NCBI GenBank assembly: GCA_965223415.1
Contig: OZ245002.1
Location: 5,000,757 to 5,064,756 of the forward strand
Direction: 5' to 3'
Origin: Myxococcota bacterium
GTDB lineage: Bacteria > Myxococcota_A > UBA9160 > UBA6930
Length of the DNA stretch: 64,000 bases
Below the pieces are notes generated by a model, which did not search any database, was not told the origin of the DNA, and was given only the letters and a program-made list of their open reading frames with translations. This document shows positions 60,437 to 64,000 of the stretch, one piece after another. Numbering within the stretch: the stretch's first letter is position 1; each line of letters opens with the position of its first letter. The position numbers and the translations under genes are program-made.

Positions 60437-62095
60437 TCAACCAGACGCGCCGAGAGGCAGCCGGACGCGGAAGCAGGCGCCCTCGCCGGGCCGGCTGGTG
60501 ACCTCGATCAGACCGTCGTGCTCGGTCACGATCCGGTGGCAGATCATCAGCCCGAGGCCCGTGCCGTGGTCCGGCCCCTTGGTGGTGAAGAAGGGATCGA
60601 AGATGCGCTCGAGGTCGTCCTCGCCGATGCCCTCTCCCGCATCGACCACCTCGATGGTCGCGCCGTCCCCCAGAGCCGGCCCACCGGGCTCGATGCGGAT
60701 GCGAACGGCCTCGCCCTCGGGGCTGGCGTGGATCGCGTTGAGGGTGAGGTTGAGGAGCAGCTGGTGGATCTGTTCGCGGGAGGCCATGAGCTTCGGCGAG
60801 GCGGGATCCGCGGTGATCTCGAGGCCCACCCGACTGCGCTCGGCCTCGGGAGCGACCAGCGTCACGACCTCGCTGGCAATGGCCCCGAGATCGCACGCCG
60901 AGCGCTTCGCCGCGCCGCTGTCCTCCCGGCCCAGACGGCTCATCGTCGCCACCAGCCCGCGAATGCGCTCCACCTCCGAGCAGGCGAGGCGGTGGTAGCT
61001 GCCCCAGAACTCCTCGTCGGCCTCGGTGCGTTTCGCCGGCGCGAGGCTCAAGAAGGTGTGGATCGAAGTGAGCGGGTTGTTGATCTCGTGGGCCAGCCCG
61101 GCCGCCAGCGTGCCCAGGGTGCCGAGGCGGTCAGCGCGCAGCACCTGCTGCCGGCTCGACCGCAGGTCCTCCACCAGGCGGGCGTTCTGCAGCGCGATCG
61201 CCGCCTGGTGCGCCACCGCGGCGAGCAGCGTGCAATCGCGCGGCTCGAAGGGCGCCCCACCGCTGCGGTTGTCGACGGCCAGCGCCCCGAGCAGGCCGGC
61301 CTTGCCGACGAGTGGAACCACCAGCACGTCGCCCGCGATCTCAGTGAGCCAATCGCGCATGGGCGCCGGGTAGTCGAGGCAGTGATCGAGGGTGAGCAGG
61401 CGCGGCTCGCCGCGGGCCAGCGCATCCAGCAGCTCCGCCGCGTGCTCGCGGGTGAGCTGATGGCTCTCGAGGAAGGCCGCGGTGGGCACGTCGCTCGGAA
61501 CGCGCCGATCGAAGACCAGACTCTCGCGGGTGGGGTCGTAGAGCAGCAGCGCCGCCCCGTCGTAGTGGAGCGTATCGGTCAGGGACGCCACCAGGAGCTC
61601 GGTGAGCTTATCGACCGCAAGCTCGCGCGTGATCGTCGCCGCGAGCTCTCCCACGGTTCGCAGCTCCCGCACCAGCGCCTCGCGCTCGCGGTCCAGCGCG
61701 TAGTGCTCGATCGCCCGCTTCAGGGCAACACGCATGTCCTCTGGCTGCCACGGCTTGGCGATATAGCGGTAGACGGAGCCGTCGTTGATCGCGTGGCTCA
61801 GAGTATCCACCGAGCCGTAGGCGGTGACCAGCATGCGCATGGTCTCCGGCGCCATCTCGCGCACCCGCGAGAGGAACTCGACGCCGGTCATGCCCGGCAT
61901 CTTCTGATCCGAGAGCACGACGGCGAAGCGCTCGTTCATCAGCCGCTCGAGCCCCTCCTCGCCGGACGCCGCCGTCACGATGCGGAACTCGCGGCGGAAG
62001 GTCAGCTCGAAGACCCGGAGGTTCTCCGACTCGTCGTCCACGTAGAGGAGCGGGAAGGCACGTAGATCGACCGGGTGCGGTTGGCTATCCGGCAT
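60437..62095 (-). CDS. hybrid sensor kinase: REC - GAF - HisKA - HATPase_c
   Basis: 552 aa. REC domain (LLYVDDE, VVLSDQKMPGMTG, YIAKPW), then a GAF-like region. DHp is GLAHEINNPL. HATPase_c has NLTLNAIHA, DAGEGI and GTGLGLMI. The start overlaps the upstream kinase gene by 11 nt. Confidence 0.85.
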   Translation of the reverse strand: MPDSQPHPVDLRAFPLLYVDDESENLRVFELTFRREFRIVTAASGEEGLERLMNERFAVVLSDQKMPGMTGVEFLSRVREMAPETMRMLVTAYGSVDTLSHAINDGSVYRYIAKPWQPEDMRVALKRAIEHYALDREREALVRELRTVGELAATITRELAVDKLTELLVASLTDTLHYDGAALLLYDPTRESLVFDRRVPSDVPTAAFLESHQLTREHAAELLDALARGEPRLLTLDHCLDYPAPMRDWLTEIAGDVLVVPLVGKAGLLGALAVDNRSGGAPFEPRDCTLLAAVAHQAAIALQNARLVEDLRSSRQQVLRADRLGTLGTLAAGLAHEINNPLTSIHTFLSLAPAKRTEADEEFWGSYHRLACSEVERIRGLVATMSRLGREDSGAAKRSACDLGAIASEVVTLVAPEAERSRVGLEITADPASPKLMASREQIHQLLLNLTLNAIHASPEGEAVRIRIEPGGPALGDGATIEVVDAGEGIGEDDLERIFDPFFTTKGPDHGTGLGLMICHRIVTEHDGLIEVTSRPGEGACFRVRLPLGASG

Positions 62096-64000
62096 CCGCG
62101 CCCTCGGCGTCGACCGGGAGCACCACGGTCACGCGGGTGCCCTCTCCCGGCGTCGAAGCGAGCTCGATCCGGCCACCGTGCTCGCGCACGATGCGATCGG
62201 ACATGGCCAGGCCGAGCCCGGTGCCCTGCCCCGCCTGCTTCGTGGTGAAGAACGGCTCGAACAGGCGGGACTGAACGTCCGCTTCGATGCCCGAACCGGT
62301 ATCCGCCACCCGCACCTCCAGCTCCCCGTCGACGCGCTTTGCCTGGACGGAGATGGTCCCTTCTTCTCCTTCGAACGCCTCGATGGCGTTCTTGAGCAGG
62401 TTGAGGAACACCTGGTTCAGGCCGCCTGGGTCGCCGAAAACCGCCGGGAGATCCGCCGCGATCTCCACCTCCGTGGCGATGCCCGCCTCGCGCAGCTGAT
62501 GCCCAAGGAGCTGCAGGGTCGAGCGCAGGCCGGCGCCCACGTCCACGATGGCGTGGCCGCTTCGCCCCGGAGCTGCGAAGTCCCGCAGGTCCGCCACGAG
62601 CCGCGCCGTCCGGTCGAGGCCTTCGGTGACGATGCCCACCAGCTCGGCCAGCTCCGAGGCCATGTCCTCGAAGCCCATCTCCCGCTTCTTCCGCTCCAGC
62701 TGCAGCAGCTGCACCCGGAGCGTCTGGGGATCGTCCGCATCGAGCTCGCCGACCCAGGAGACCAGGCCCTGGATATCGTCCGCGTAGGCCCGGAGCGCCG
62801 CCAGGGAGTTGCGCGCGAAGTTGAGCGGGTTGTTCACCTCGTGGGCCACGCCCGCCGAGAGCTCGCCGACGGCCGCCAACCGCTCCGCCTGGACGAGCTG
62901 GACCTCCGCCTCCTTCAGCTCCTCGAGGGCCTGGGCGAGCTCCGCGTTCGACGATTCGAGCGCCGCGTTCTGCTCGCGGAGCTCGAGCTGGAGGGAGCGG
63001 ATCCGCACCAGCGAGCGCGCCCGGGCCAGGAGCTCGCGGGGGTGGAAGGGCTTCGTCACGTAGTCGTCCGCTCCGAGCTCCAGCCCCTCGATCTTCATCT
63101 CGCGCTCGGCCTTGGAGGTCACCAGCATCACCGGCACCCCGCGCAGCGCCCCGTCCTGCTTGATCGCGCGACACAGCTCGGTGCCCGACATCTCGGGCAT
63201 CATTACATCGGTCACGACCAGCTCGGGGGCCTGCTCGCGGACCGCCTCGAGAGCCTCCAGGCCGTTGCGCGTCGGCCGCACCCGGAACTCGCGACCGAGC
63301 AGGAAAGCCAGCAGCCGGCGCATCTCGGCATTGTCCTCGGCGATCACGATCTCCGGCGTACCCTCGGCATGCTCCGGAAGCTCGAACACCCACTCGTCGC
63401 CGTGCCGGGTCGCCTCCCAGCGGCTCACCGTGTGCTCCACCGCCGCGAAGCGCCCCTCTCCGGCGTGCTCGAGGTCCATCGAGGTCTCGCTGGCCAGCGC
63501 CTCAAAGGACTTGGCTGCGGAGAGAGCGCGATTTCCCCCGGCCTCGAGCAGTACCTCCTCCTCGGGATCGTCGTCCGCCTCTCCGAGAGGCAGCAGCACG
63601 TGCATCTGCGACCCGTGCCCATCGCCCTCGCTCGTCGCCCAGACCCGCCCGCCATGCAGCGCGACCAGCTCCTGCACGAGACTGAGCCCGATCCCCGTCC
63701 CCTCGTGCTTTCGGGTCGCCGACCCGTCCACCTGGGCAAAGCGATCGAACACCCGCGCGAGCTGATGCTCCGGAATGCCGACGCCCGTGTCCTCGACCAC
63801 GATGTGGACCCCCTCCGCATCGAGGCCCCGCCCGTCGCCGGCGGCAGCCGGCGCTCCGCGCACCGTGATCCCCCCGGAATCCGTGAACTTGAGCGCGTTC
63901 CCGATCAGGTTCACCAGCACCTTCTCGAGCGCATCCGGGTCGACATTCGCCGTGGGCAAGCCGTCGAATCCCTCGGCCCGCAGGTGAAGCCCCTTCCGCT
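62085..64000 (-). CDS. tandem kinase: (HATPase_c) - REC - HisKA - HATPase_c, 5'-partial (continues past the right window edge)
   Basis: The frame stays open upstream of the listed TTG at 63959 to nt 64000 (..RKGLHLRAEGFDGLPTANVDPDALEKVLVNLIGNALKFT is the N box of a first ATPase domain). Next come EDTGVGIP and GTGIGLSL, then REC (VVTDVMMPEMSG, YVTKPF). A second DHp (GVAHEVNNPL) and second ATPase domain (NLLKNAIEA, DTGSGI, GTGLGLA) follow. Confidence 0.8.
   Translation of the reverse strand, partial: RKGLHLRAEGFDGLPTANVDPDALEKVLVNLIGNALKFTDSGGITVRGAPAAAGDGRGLDAEGVHIVVEDTGVGIPEHQLARVFDRFAQVDGSATRKHEGTGIGLSLVQELVALHGGRVWATSEGDGHGSQMHVLLPLGEADDDPEEEVLLEAGGNRALSAAKSFEALASETSMDLEHAGEGRFAAVEHTVSRWEATRHGDEWVFELPEHAEGTPEIVIAEDNAEMRRLLAFLLGREFRVRPTRNGLEALEAVREQAPELVVTDVMMPEMSGTELCRAIKQDGALRGVPVMLVTSKAEREMKIEGLELGADDYVTKPFHPRELLARARSLVRIRSLQLELREQNAALESSNAELAQALEELKEAEVQLVQAERLAAVGELSAGVAHEVNNPLNFARNSLAALRAYADDIQGLVSWVGELDADDPQTLRVQLLQLERKKREMGFEDMASELAELVGIVTEGLDRTARLVADLRDFAAPGRSGHAIVDVGAGLRSTLQLLGHQLREAGIATEVEIAADLPAVFGDPGGLNQVFLNLLKNAIEAFEGEEGTISVQAKRVDGELEVRVADTGSGIEADVQSRLFEPFFTTKQAGQGTGLGLAMSDRIVREHGGRIELASTPGEGTRVTVVLPVDAEGADAG

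Overview
This is a bacterial chromosome segment of roughly 70% G+C. It is densely packed with 53 genes, 51 of them on the minus strand, and many are joined by 1-4 nt stop/start overlaps.

Most of the content is core housekeeping:
- a block headed by tRNA-Val: thrS-infC-rpmI-rplT-pheS-pheT-ihfA-merR
- dnaE, guaB-guaA, miaB and ribBA
- cysteine desulfurase-mnmA-rnc-era
- lysC and nnr-tsaE
- tilS-ftsH-folP-cdaA-cdaR-glmM

The accessory-looking content is:
- a B12 acyl-CoA mutase cluster (MerR-IcmF-MCM-MeaB) next to thiolase and 3-hydroxyacyl-CoA dehydrogenase genes
- a MoxR/VWA pair
- an orphan MglA-type GTPase
- several multi-domain signalling genes

The MglA-type GTPase, the PATAN/DUF4388 domain and the ihfA-merR pair behind pheST suggest a Myxococcota/deltaproteobacteria-like organism. 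That placement is inference only. I saw no rRNA, CRISPR array, transposase, integrase, prophage or recognisable defence genes.

The most unusual items are:
1. A miaB-coupled three-gene operon (16628-20537) built only from signalling domains whose catalytic or ligand motifs look degenerate: REC-GAF-GGDEF*-DICT-like; a receiver-like domain plus PATAN plus a GTPase-like fold without a P-loop; and a stand-alone cNMP-binding-like protein.
2. A PdxJ-like protein that lacks the PdxJ catalytic residues.
3. A frameshifted aldo/keto reductase behind an intact MerR-type promoter with a 19-bp spacer.
4. A structured low-GC element beside miaB.
5. Exact short duplications in the thrS leader and at the tsaE/lysC junction.
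6. A non-canonical ATC start for infC.

All calls come from reading motifs and translations by eye. No database or structure search was run.
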